Shown piece after piece: positions 50,601-63,488 of a stretch of 64,000 nt of DNA. The position numbers were made by a program, and so were the translations under genes. The notes under the pieces are model-generated. The model was not told the origin of the DNA and ran no database searches. It saw only the letters and a list, made by a program, of their open reading frames with translations. This stretch comes from Tricharina praecox. Its lineage: Eukaryota. How positions within the stretch are numbered: the stretch's first letter is position 1; each line of letters begins with the position of its first letter. The stretch lies in the NCBI RefSeq assembly GCF_024521635.1, contig NW_026250417.1, positions 434,001 to 498,000 on the forward strand, written 5' to 3'.

Positions 50601-53600
50601 GAGAGAGAGAGACATGAGAGAGATCGAAGCCGGAGCATTCTTCCACCCACTTAAGCGCGCCCCATTCCAGCGCGGTTTCGTACTCTACACATATTTACGG
50701 TGCAGTGCACACGCACACGCATCCATCGACACATCGTGCTCGCTCGCTCGCTTGAATTCTCGTGTGCTGCTGTGCGATAGGTACCGGTATGTGCAATATG
50801 TGCGATAAGCATTGAAGCAGCATCCGGATTCCAATCCCAATCCCAATCCCAATTGATGGAATCAGTGGGATCCTGCGGGATCCAGTGGGCTGCGGGACGC
50901 AGGATTCGCATCCCATATATCCCATCCATACATTCAGTCAGCCAGGCTGGATTTGAACTTTGCGCACTTCGTCCCGTTCTTCAACCGAAATACTCTACAC
51001 ACTTCCTACTTACAAGTCTTACATACCTTTAGTAGCGCTCCGACTAGATGAGCCACAGAAACCATAGTAACTCTATGCACAAATCGTGAGGTGTTTTCTT
51101 TCCCTTCTTTCGCTGCAGCGCGAGAGTAGAATTCCCCCGCAACTCACTGCTGCTGCTAGTACTCTAGATAGAGTACTAGTTACCGTAGTACCGCCCCCCC
51201 TCCCCCACTTATCCGCGGGGAGAAGTCCAAGTTAAAGTCAAAGCCCAAGAGTCGCGAAACAGTCCAGAGCTCTCAGCACGGCATCTTCCGTGGCGAGGAT
51301 GGCGCCTCCCGTATGTGGGCTAGGTACTCTAGTCTAGTCGATTGGTGCGGTGGATGGGCGCTGCACTGTGCAAACGTACGTACTTCTACATAAGAAGTTG
51401 GCAGAACGAGCACGAATACGTTACATACATACGGTAGAGTACGGGGGAAAGGTCCGTGGACCGTGGACCGGGACCGCGCCCATGGACCATGGTGCTGGCG
51501 TTGGGCGACCGTGATTGATGGTTTATGCAGCATGTAACCCGCAAGATCGTGGCTATCGGGCGACCATAATTCTGGTGGCATGAGGTTTGCACGCACGCCG
51601 GAGCGACGATTGGAGTTGTTTCCCAGCGGCGATTTGCGTGCTCAAGTGCGTTTACACGCCGTGCTGTGCTGTGCCGCGTCGCGTCGCGGCGTCGGTTATC
51701 TACCAGTAGGTAGCCTCCAGTCCAACCACAGCCCCAGCCACAGCCACAGCCATAGTCGTCGTCACTTCCCCGGCCACCACCGACCACGGACAGAGGCCCG
51801 CCGTAATTAGTGGCGCGAGCGGCTACCCCGGGGTGTCAGAAGAGATTTGATCGCCGGACCAAGCCCAAGTCCAAGCCCCGGAGGCTACAGGGCCGCACAA
51901 AGTGGTGGCGCGGCTTCCGACGTCACCGGCTCACTGTCCAACGGATCGCTGAACCACTGGACCACTGATTCGCATTTCGTGATTCGCAATTCACCTCACG
52001 ACTCCGTAGGTACCTTCACGATTGCGACGTCTGTGTTGGGGGTGGACACTGGATGGACGCAGTCAGCTGGAGTAGGTAGGCATTCGCCGCCAGCCGGTCG
52101 GTGAGTCTCGCTCGCTCGCTCGCATGCTCGGCGCACGTCGGTACAAGAAGTATGCATCCATCAGACATCTGCATCGGAAGCGAAAGAGCGGGAGCAGAAA
52201 GCAAGCAAGCAAGCAAGCAGAAAAAAAAACAAAGTGTGGCAAAACGATCAGCTTCACGGCACACAGAGCAGGCCAGACCAGGAAATAGGATGAACGCTCC
52301 GGACGCACCCCCACTTCCAACTCCAACTCCTCACGGGTCACAGCAACTCGCGCAAGCCACTATCGTTAGTAGGTACCGACTAGCAGCCAGCAGCCAGCCA
52401 GACGGCTACTTACCCCGCACTTCGAAGTTCTAGCCGCAACTCCAACTGCTTGGTGTAACTGCTTGGTGTTGGTGTATCTGCATATCTCCACGGGTACTGG
52501 GTACTGGGTACTGGGTACAGGTTCCTATGCATGTATGTATGCAACGGCAGTTTGTCCGACCCCGACACCACCGTCGACACCGCCGCCGCCCCCGCCGCCG
52601 CCGCCCGCACGGCGCACGCACACACGCACGCCAAGTATGTACATGCATGTACGGTAGCCAAGGCCCAGACCCCGATCCCCTGGGAAGCCACCTGCACGAA
52701 CACGAGAGACTTTTTTCCTGCTACTACGCGTGGCGAGTTGCAGCTGTCGGTTGGTCTGTCTGGCTGTCTGTCTGGCTGTCTGTCTGGCTGTCTGTCTGGC
52801 TGTCTGTCTCGCCCGTGGGTACACACCCCACGTGCGTGTGTCGGGTGCCAGGTATTTGAAACTTGACGGGGGCGTGTGGAAGGGACGAACGTCACACGGA
52901 TCGATCGCGGTGGAGTGAATGAGGGAGGGGTGGAGTGACGACGAGTGAGGGCATGGATTGATTGATTGATTAATTGATTATTCATACAGCATGGAACCCT
53001 AAGGTTATGGCCGGTAGAGGTATCTACAATACAACATTTTGATAAAGAAATTCCGCAACCAAATCCATACAGAAGTGACAGCAAATCCCCTCGTCCTCGC
53101 AATATTTTAAAAGTGAGCCTCCGAAGAGGCTCGGATTGTCGGTTTTTGCGCTGTAGCGGCGCTTCGTAGCCCTCCTCTTCTCCAAAAGGTACCTCCACTC
53201 GGTACTACCCTCAACATAACCAGTCTAGTGCACACGGCATGGTGCTCGAAGGGAATAGTCGTCTTGGGGTTTGCGTAGCTGTCAAGGCCGAAGCCCAATG
53301 AATAGCAGCGAAGATATTTGGATCGAAGGCGGGGTTGGCAAAATGCCAGTCGTCGTGGTCAACGTGGTCCTGGGCCAAGCCCTGAGCTCTCCTCCTGGAG
53401 TTCACTCTCCTCCCGCCGTCGCCATATCGCCTGCTGAACAGGCTCTCCTAGAGTGATGAAATCGATGATGATGTGCGGGGAAGCGATGGTGAGACTTCTT
53501 CTGAGGTTCGGACGTAGCACGCGTGGTGGTGCAGTTCTCCGGCCAGGGACCGAGGCTCGATTGATCTCTATCGCTTCATGCTCATCGTCGTCGAATTCGT

Positions 53601-54549
53601 CGGTCGGGGCACTCAATCCGCGGTCGGAAAGAGTCTGGCATGGATGGATGGATGGGTGGGTGTCGGCATCATGTCAGGGCGGAAAAGTTTGAGCGCGAGG
53701 TTTGGGTTCCCACTGCCATCTCGGGCGGGAGTGGGAGCGGGAGCAGAAGGGAGCAAGATGCTGCTGCGTGCTGCGTGCTTGGGGAGTAACCACCGTATGA
53801 ATAGGAAATCGCATCCGTCGTGAGGCTTGGCCGCCTTCGGTCGCCCGTTCTTGTTCCTGCCAGAGTTTCCCGAGCCCTCCCCTCGATCGGTACCGGTATT
53901 CTCACCCCGCGGCGCAGCTGGTGCAGGATTCGAGCCGAAGATAAGCATATACGGTACATTATATACGGTACATACCAAGTATCCATGTTTGTATGTACCC
54001 TTCCCCGCCGAGCTTTCCAGTACCGACCCACCGGTACCACATCGGCGGCTCGTATAACGTCCCACAGCCTGGTACCGGTCTGCGATGGGCAAAAAGACCC
54101 CTTCCCTTCCATCGCTCGCTGCGCATGCAACTTTAACGCGGTTAACGTTTTCGCTTCCTTGGTTGGTTGGTTGGTTGGTAAGCACGCACCGATCGATCTT
54201 CGCCGGGCGATACGGTATCGACGGCACCGGAAGCATCGACATCCGGCCTCCGAAGGAACCAACACCAGTCGTTTTTTTTCCTCCCTCCCTGCCCCTCACC
54301 AAACTATAGATATACTTAGGAATGTGCCTACATACCGGTACCTACATATGTGCGTACTGGCACGCCGACGGCAGCTAGAGCAAGGCCATGGAGACGGAGA
54401 TCGTACATATACCGGTAGATATGTAGAGCAAGCAGTCCCGTCAAAACTCTAACTCGAACTCTATCTCAACCTCTAGCCTGCAAGTCACCTGTTCTCACCC
54501 ACCACCATCACCACCACAATATCCGGTCCATATCTACTACAATCATGGA

Positions 54550-56431
54550 TCAAGCCGCGCACACGAACCCGCCACTCCCCCACTGCCTCGGCTCTCCAAC
54601 AGCCTGCAATGTTCCGTCCGCGCACCGCATAACGCCCTGGGCGGAGGCTATTCCCGGGCGCGCGGGGACGAACGTTACGTTGTGTCCGCGCCGCGCCATG
54701 TCCGCCACCACGGCGGAATCGTAGCCGACCTCGAAGCTGGTCAGATTGGGCCAGAGCTGGTCGTGCAGACGGGGAGACGACAGCGCCGCGCCTGTCGGCG
54801 TCAGCTGGGGTGCGTGAGGGAGGGAAGGGAAGAGAAGGGGTGGGATGGGATGGGGAACGGACGAGCATCTAGGCCTTTCTCGAGGACGCGCCACACATTT
54901 TGCACCGTCGCCGTGATTATGCGACTACCGCCGGCGGCACCGATAACAAAGTACACCTGCCCGTCGGGGGTCTCGACGATCACGGTGGATACAGAGGATA
55001 GTGGGCGTTTGAACGGTCGGATGTAGTTGTTGGGTGTGGGCAGGAACCCGAAGAAGTTGGAGCTGCCCGGAGTGCTGAAGTCGTCCATTTGGTTGTTCAT
55101 TATGATCCCGTCCTGGACGTGTTAACCGTGAAGGCAGCTGGAAGGAGGAAGAAGAGGTGGTTATACGGAGGGTGTCATCACTTGGCTGCCGAAGAAGGTG
55201 TTGATCGTACTGGTGAGAGAAACGGCCATTCCCTCTGCGTCCAGCGTCGCGATATGGGACGTTCCTCCCTTCCTGCACGGATCAGCACTCGCCGTGCAAT
55301 TCCAACACGTCTGAATACCTACGGTGTCGGACTGGCCATTCCCTCCGGATTGTAATACGAAATATTCGGTAGCACTGCGTCATCTCGAATTTGTGTCCTA
55401 ACCCCCGCTGCGACCTCCTCACTCACCATCTGCCTCTGGAACTTCTCCAGGCCGTCCACGAAATCTGGATCCCCCAGCTGTGTCCGCTGGCCATACGCAA
55501 ACTTGATTCCCTCAACGAGTCGATGTGTTTCCAGCCCTCTGTCCCCCGTTCCGTTCCAGCCCTCGAAAATCTTCAGCGCACTCAGCACGACCGCGCCACT
55601 CGACGGCGCACTGCCCGCAGACAACTTATATCCCCTATAATGCGCAGTATTGACCCTCCGATGCTTAACGCGATACCCCTCCAAATCCCGCACCGTCAGT
55701 ATCCCGCCGCGCCTCCGCACCTCACGCACCGTACGTCTCGCCATAGCTCCCTTATAGAACACATCCGCGCCGCCCTTAGCGATAGCCCTGAGCGTTCTCG
55801 CATATCTTTTGCGATACATCACCTCGCCCACCCCAACCCTCTTCCCCCCGGGCGCCCAATCCCTCCGCCACGCCCCATCCCGCAGCAAGAACGGGTATGC
55901 AGTCGTATTCCCCGCCGCATCCAGATCCATATTGACCGTGAACCCACCCTCCGCATACTTAATCGCGGGCCGAAACAGCTGCTCCCACTTCAGCCTTCCC
56001 CAGCGCCGCGATAACTCCTCGAGCCCTCTGAGCTCGCCGGGCACCGCTGCCGCCAGCCCTCCGACAAGCGAGCTGCTGTTGGGAGCCAGGAACATATCCC
56101 CGGTAGCCCCCGCCGGCGCCGCCTCCCGGAAGTCCACGAAGTGCGTCGCTCCGGAGGGGAGACGGACTAGCGCGAAGCTGCCCCCGCCGATCCCGGAGTG
56201 GTGGTGCGCGATCGTGCCGACGCATAGGAGCGTGGCTACCGCGGCGTCTACCGCGTTGCCGCCCGCGCTGTAGATCGAGGCGCTCGCGTTGGAGCATTCG
56301 GCTACTTCGGAGGCCGTAGCACCGCCGCCGTGGCCTGTGAGGGGGCCTGTGAAAGGGTGTGCGACTGCGAGCGGGAATGGGAATGGGAATGCGAATGCGA
56401 ATAGCAGGAGGTTGAGGACTGGGAAACGCAT
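54550..56431 (-). CDS. Gamma-glutamyltranspeptidase, 4 exons
   Basis: Signal peptide, GGNAVDAAVATLLCVG, SGIGGGSF, DFREAAP, nucleophile region GTSHIA, NNQMDDFS, KRPLSS, GAAGGSRI, PRLHDQL. Confidence 0.95.
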
Positions 56432-56969
56432 CTTGCAGAGGTACAGTACACGATGGTAGGTTGGTAGGTGGGCCCGTGGTTAGGCCGCGGGCGGTGATCA
56501 CAGCGGCTTTATATCCTGCACCCAGAGCTGAGAGTTGGCGATTGCATCATCAAGTATGTGACTACCAAGCTGATATCCACCCCGCAGGTAGTCGACCTGA
56601 CACGGGCGGTACACGCCTGCTAAATTGCCAATGGTGATCACGATCAACACTGTAAGTATGTAACTGGTATGATAACATGTACCCTTGCATCCGGGCTACG
56701 TGCATATGTTGTGTTCCCCGAGAGGAATGGATACTCTATGTATGTACGTTGCATCGGTAGTGCAGGAGATGCATCATGCTAGGTACTCCAGATGGGGAGT
56801 TGAAACTTGAAACTTGAGTGAGGGGCGGTGTTAAGGTAGGGGAGAGAGGTGAGAGAGAGAGACAGAGCGTGCGGACACAGAGTGCGCGCGCAGCGAGCGA
56901 GCGCTGGGCAGGATGAATTCCCTCGATGCTTCGGCCTCACAGAGCACCCAAGCCATCAATGGAAACCTC

Positions 56970-57117
56970 GTCTTTCAAGTTTTGAGACAATCAAAAATTA
57001 TGACGCCGAAAGATCCAAAGATCCTTCGCCGAGACTCCGACCCTCGCTGTGCAATGAAGGTGTTGTCTCTGGACTTCGGTGATTTGTGAGCCACCAAAGT
57101 CGCATCAAGGTAAGTAT
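56970..57117 (-). ncRNA. U1: U1 snRNA, copy A (canonical 5' end)
   Basis: 5' ATACTTACCT; helix H TGATGC/GCGTCA; SL1 GACTTTGGTG-10nt-CACCGAAGTC; SL2 loop ATTGCACAGC; SL3 CGAAGGATC-TTTG-GATCTTTCG; Sm site AATTTTTG (56992-56999); small 3' hairpin. The 3' end is approximate. Confidence 0.93.
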
Positions 57118-57151
57118 GAAGAAGAAAAAAGGAGAGAGGTGGGATGGGGGG

Positions 57152-57159
57152 TTTTTATA
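57152..57159 (-). promoter_or_regulatory. TATA box of U1 copy A
   Basis: TATAAAAA 35-42 nt upstream of the U1 5' end, followed by a pyrimidine tract; conserved in copy B. Confidence 0.75.
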
Positions 57160-57193
57160 GCGGTTTTTGGAGGGCGGCTTGGCACACACGACG

Positions 57194-57289
57194 TCACTCG
57201 GATAGAAAGTCGGCGGTGCTGGATGCATTCAAGCTTGACACATGAGGCCTCACTCGGATCTAAAGGTCGGCGGAGCTGGATGCATTCAA
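57194..57289. repeat. Two ~40-bp direct repeats in the divergent U1/secreted-gene promoter
   Basis: TCACTCGGAT...TCGGCGGwGCTGGATGCATTCAA at 57194-57232 and 57250-57289; a single copy at 59144-59183. Confidence 0.85.
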
Positions 57290-57419
57290 TCTTGGCAGCA
57301 CTGTGGTTCTGCCGCCTGCTCTTCTTACTTCTTCTTCGTTCCTCTTCCTTCTCCCTTCTCCTCCCACTTCGGTACTTCCTTAAACTCATCAACCCCTTCA
57401 GAATATCATCATCAGCATC

Positions 57420-58046
57420 ATGCATATCCATATCATCCCCACAGTCCTGTCAGCGATTATCGCGGTCATCTTGGCCGCTCCGCCCGGCACCTCCTCCTCC
57501 TCCCCCTCTTCAACCGTCACCCACAGACCCAACGAGCCCCCGAAGAACACGATCGCCTTCCCGCACCTCGTCATCCCGGGCATCGACTCCTCCACGGCCG
57601 CCGCACTGCAACGCACCGTTGTCCGTCCCTCATCCCGCACCAACGACACGTACGACGTCTACGTCTCGACCGGGCCCGGTACGATCCCCGGCAAAGAGGC
57701 TTGGAAGGGCGGGAAGCTTTGGTTGGGCGAAGTGATCTGCGAGACGTCGCTAGCCTCCCCCACGTTCTCGGAGATCGACGGGCTTAGGGCGAAGCTATCC
57801 AAGCGGCCGCCCATATGCTGGCAGAAGAACGGTGGCGGCTCGAAGTGCACCCGGCTCGTGTCCCACTACGGCGGCGTCGTGTCGTTGTGCGGCACCCCTA
57901 GCAAGCAGGTCGAGTGCGCAGCTGTATCGTGGGCAACGATATTGATTAGGCTTATTTGTGGCAATAGTGAGTGGGGCAAGGCCGGTGGAATGTATAAGTT
58001 TGCCCTCGAAGACGAAGAGTACAATTTGAGGGCGGTGCTTCATTAA
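57420..58046 (+). CDS. Small secreted 6-Cys protein, paralog A
   Basis: Signal peptide; CETSLASPTFSEID...CWQKNGGGSKCTRL...SLCG...ECAA...C...AGGMYKF. Confidence 0.88.
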   Translation: MHIHIIPTVLSAIIAVILAAPPGTSSSSPSSTVTHRPNEPPKNTIAFPHLVIPGIDSSTAAALQRTVVRPSSRTNDTYDVYVSTGPGTIPGKEAWKGGKLWLGEVICETSLASPTFSEIDGLRAKLSKRPPICWQKNGGGSKCTRLVSHYGGVVSLCGTPSKQVECAAVSWATILIRLICGNSEWGKAGGMYKFALEDEEYNLRAVLH

Positions 58047-58397
58047 TTTGCTCTTGGCCGCTTGGGAAAACTGGCAATGGAATTTGGATGCGTTATGGAA
58101 ATGAAAATCAGGTTCGAGTGAGACATACTTCTTTTGCGTGTGATATCTCGTGTCGTTACCGAGCCGATCTCTTCAGAAGTTCTTAGGTCACCCCCCCCTC
58201 CCACTGGGGGTTTGTTGTTGTTGAGATCAAGAGCCCTCGCACTGCATCTCGTTCGCCTTGCTGTGGGGGGGGGAGGGGGGGTGAGAGAGAGACAGAGCGT
58301 GCGGATACAGAGTGCGCGCGCAGCGGGAGAGCACTGGGAAGGATGCTTCCCTCGACACTTCGGTCTCATAGACCACCCAAGTCATCAATGGAAACCT

Positions 58398-58537
58398 CGT
58401 GGTTCGTAGTAATCAAAAATTGAGACGCCGAAAGATCCGAAGATCCGTCGCCGAGACTCCCTCGCCGTGCAATGGAGGTATTGTCCCGGGAACTTTGGTG
58501 ATGGTTGAGCCACCAAAGTTACATCATGGTACGTAAT
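58398..58537 (-). ncRNA. U1: U1 snRNA variant, copy B (5' end ATTACGTACCA)
   Basis: SL1 AACTTTGGTG-10nt-CACCAAAGTT; SL2 CCGGGAC/GTCTCGG with ATTGCAC loop; SL3 with C(TTCG)G loop; Sm site AATTTTTG (58414-58421); TATA at 58580-58587. Helix H is weaker and SL4 is unclear. Confidence 0.85.
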
Positions 58538-58588
58538 TGAAGAAGAAAGAAAAGATGGAGAGCGGTGGGGGGAGGGGGGTTTTTATAG

Positions 58589-59110
58589 TGTGGGACAGTG
58601 GAAACGGCGGGCATGGCAGATGCACGAGCGGCGAAATTTCGCCGACCTGGCTAGACCAGATTCAGAGGGCTTGAAAGGTTCAGAGGGCTTGAAAGGTTCA
58701 GAGTGCTCTTGTTTACTTTGCCGGCGGGTCTGTCTGTCTGTTTTATTGTTCTCATCATTGCTTTCATCGTCCTTTTTTTTTTTTGTTTCATCAGTAATTC
58801 CATGCGGCCTATCTAGATCATGGCAATATCACCCCGTTCACCCCCCGTTTCCACGCCACTGTCCAACCCAGCTTTCACTGAGCGGCCCAATTTGGCTGCT
58901 TTCATTGTCCTTGTTAGCAGTTATTGTTCTCATCGTGTGCTTTTCGTTGTTATTTGTCCTGAGCTCGACTCGTGAGGTTCTACGATCTCTTGAATAACAC
59001 AGGAAGGTTTTCTCTACTTTAAGATTCCTCTCTTGTGAACTACATACAGTCGGCCCCCTATCTATTATCAAATTTGCCAAAAGGTCTTTCCAGTCCTAGT
59101 GCTTCAATAG
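58589..59110. mobile_element. ~520-bp insertion in the copy B promoter, unclassified
   Basis: Absent from the aligned copy A. ATAG occurs at both junctions. Contains an 18-bp tandem repeat (58661-58703) and a T run. Confidence 0.5.
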
Positions 59111-59194
59111 CTGTTTTTGGATAGCGGCTTGGTACATGAGGCCTCACTCGGTTAGAGAGGTTGGCGGTGTTGGATGCATTCAATTTCGGCTGCA

Positions 59195-59852
59195 GACAAG
59201 GAGGAGGAGAGGGGAGTCGGGCCACCTGATGAAAACTGGGTTGGAGGAAACGGGGTGTACGGGTAGACATTGCGATGATCTAGACATGTTGCATGCAATC
59301 AATGATTAAACAAAAAAAAAAGCAGGCAAGGAGGGACAAGGACCGATTCCAAGTCCGGGACCTCTTCGCTGACGATTGGTGCAGCCAGGCCATCCTGGAC
59401 TTCCTTTCCTTCACTACTGTGGGTAGGCGGAACTCAAAGGCGGATGAGGAAGATGCAGCAAGTGAGGTGTCTGAGTGGGAGCTAAGGGAACGGGAAGAGA
59501 GGGGGAGCTGCAGTGACTGCAGGAAGACTCTGAGGGGGCGCGGTAAGGCAGATTAGAGGCCCGTGGTGGGGTAGTGACGAACCGAGGGAGCGGATGGTGT
59601 CTTTTTGTGTTTGTTTTGATTTCTTTGGTGCGCTCATACATCGTCGGGACAGGCCAGGGAGGAGGGCAGGAAAAGTCACATCGGGCAAATCAGTGAAAGT
59701 CGAGTCAGACAGTTTCTTGGAACAGGGGGAGAGGGGGAAAGGGAGGGAGAAAGGGAGGGAGTGTCGATCTGGGTAGACATTGCTATCATCTAGACAGGTC
59801 GCATGCAATTAATGGTTGAACATAAAAATAAAAATAAAACGAAACATAAAAA
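59195..59852 (+). mobile_element. 5'-truncated non-LTR retrotransposon (LINE-like) 3' ends, two in tandem
   Basis: RDLFADDWCSQAILDFLSFTTVGRR resembles fungal LINE ORF2 C-termini (from memory). Two ~52-bp similar termini (59261-59312, 59771-59822), each followed by an A-rich tail. Degenerate 15-bp flanking duplication at 59180-59194 and 59853-59867. Confidence 0.7.
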
Positions 59853-59964
59853 TCAATTTTGGCCGTATGCTCTCCTTCCTCCTTCTTCCTTCCTCCTTCT
59901 TCCTCCTCCCTTCACTCTCCATCAATCCCCCCTCATTAATCCCCCTCAGAACATCTTGATCATC

Positions 59965-60627
59965 ATGCGTATCCATCTTCTCATCCCCACACTCATCTCA
60001 GCGATAGTTAGGTTCACCATGGCCGCTCCTTCCAGCTCCTCCTCCTCTTCCGCGGTCGTCATCATTAGGCCCTCCGAGCTCCCAGAGAGCACGATCGAGT
60101 TCCCAGCCTTTGACATCCCGGGCCTCGACTACGCCATCCTCGGCATCGACTACGACGGCACGGCCGGTGCCTCGCAGCCTTACGCCCCGCCCACCTTCGA
60201 GGTTCATCCGTCCACCACCGTCAAGGGTGCTTACGACGTCTACGTCTCGACCGGCAACGGAAAAAACCCGGGCGAGAAGGAAGTGGAGTGGATAAATGGG
60301 AAGGTATGGGCGGGCCAAGTCGTCTGCGAGACTTCGAATGCCTCGCCCACGTTCACGGAGATCGACGATCTGAGATACAAGCTGCTCAAGCGCCCTCCCT
60401 GGTGCGTGCAGAGGAACGGCGGCGGATCGCAGTGCACGAGGCTCGAGTCCTCCAAAGGCGGCGACGTCTCGCTGTGCGGATCCCCCAGCAGGGCTGTCGA
60501 GTGCGCGGCTATCTCGTGGGGTTTGATGTGGATCAAGCTCATGTGTCCCAATAATGAGTTCAATAGGGCCGGTGGAATGTACAAGTTTCTCATCAAGAAA
60601 CACAAGTTGAGGGTGGCGCTTCATTGA
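59965..60627 (+). CDS. Small secreted 6-Cys protein, paralog B
   Basis: MRIHLLIPTLISAIVRFTMA signal peptide. Same Cys spacing and motifs as 57420-58046. The 3' flank is also homologous. Confidence 0.88.
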   Translation: MRIHLLIPTLISAIVRFTMAAPSSSSSSSAVVIIRPSELPESTIEFPAFDIPGLDYAILGIDYDGTAGASQPYAPPTFEVHPSTTVKGAYDVYVSTGNGKNPGEKEVEWINGKVWAGQVVCETSNASPTFTEIDDLRYKLLKRPPWCVQRNGGGSQCTRLESSKGGDVSLCGSPSRAVECAAISWGLMWIKLMCPNNEFNRAGGMYKFLIKKHKLRVALH

Positions 60628-61437
60628 TGGTTGATGGTTGGATTGTACACTGTTGGGCGCTTGGGACGGATGTAACTATGCGCCATGAAAATTGAGAACG
60701 GGTTTGGGAGGAACATATTCTTCTGTGCGTGTGATATCTCGTGATGTGACCGAGCCATGTATGTGTTGGGACCCGAAGTGACTGGTGAACCGGGTTCTTC
60801 CTCACCAGTTTCCTGGACAGGCCCGTTTCGTGCCGTCTCCACCCTGAGCGTAGTTCCATTACATTGGTTTGGAAAAACGTCGACTAATGGATCTGAACGA
60901 GCTGGTCTGGGAGGGCTGCGAGTTAGATGTTGGCGGTAGACATCTTTACTGACAGTTGACACCGGAGGACTCTGATCATGCATCCTCACTCCCCCGGCTT
61001 CATTGTTACCATTGGATGGCGATAGATCTTACAATGGCCCAACTTATTATTCACGTGCCTACCGGCACCTTTGATCTTGGGTCATAGGCTGGCGGTAAGG
61101 GTGGATGGCAGACAGTGCTGATTCAGGAGAACGGCATCCTCACGCAAAAGCAGTCGGCATTACGCATTTGATCCTTTACGAACACTTCATCAGCCTGGCA
61201 TGCACCATCGTCTAATAATCAAAACATATTCTATATTCCAATTTTCAAGAGCGAGCAGGAGCTGAGAGGGTATCTTTATATAAAAACAATCCATCCATTC
61301 TTCCATCCATCCATCCAGCCCTTCGTCAATAAAAAAAACCAGAAACGCCCGCAGCCTCAGAAAAGGAAAAGAAAAAAAAGGAAACACCCATGATCCATCT
61401 GGTATTACGATTACTGTGGTACTCGTCACATCATGTC

Positions 61438-63488
<2,051 letters not shown>

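Noticed and set aside
53107..53640. Possible small minus-strand gene
   Set aside because: No coherent ATG-initiated frame or splice model.
59261..59822. LTR element bounded by ~52-bp direct repeats
   Set aside because: Each repeat is followed by an A-rich tail and lacks TG...CA ends; tandem LINE 3' termini fit better.
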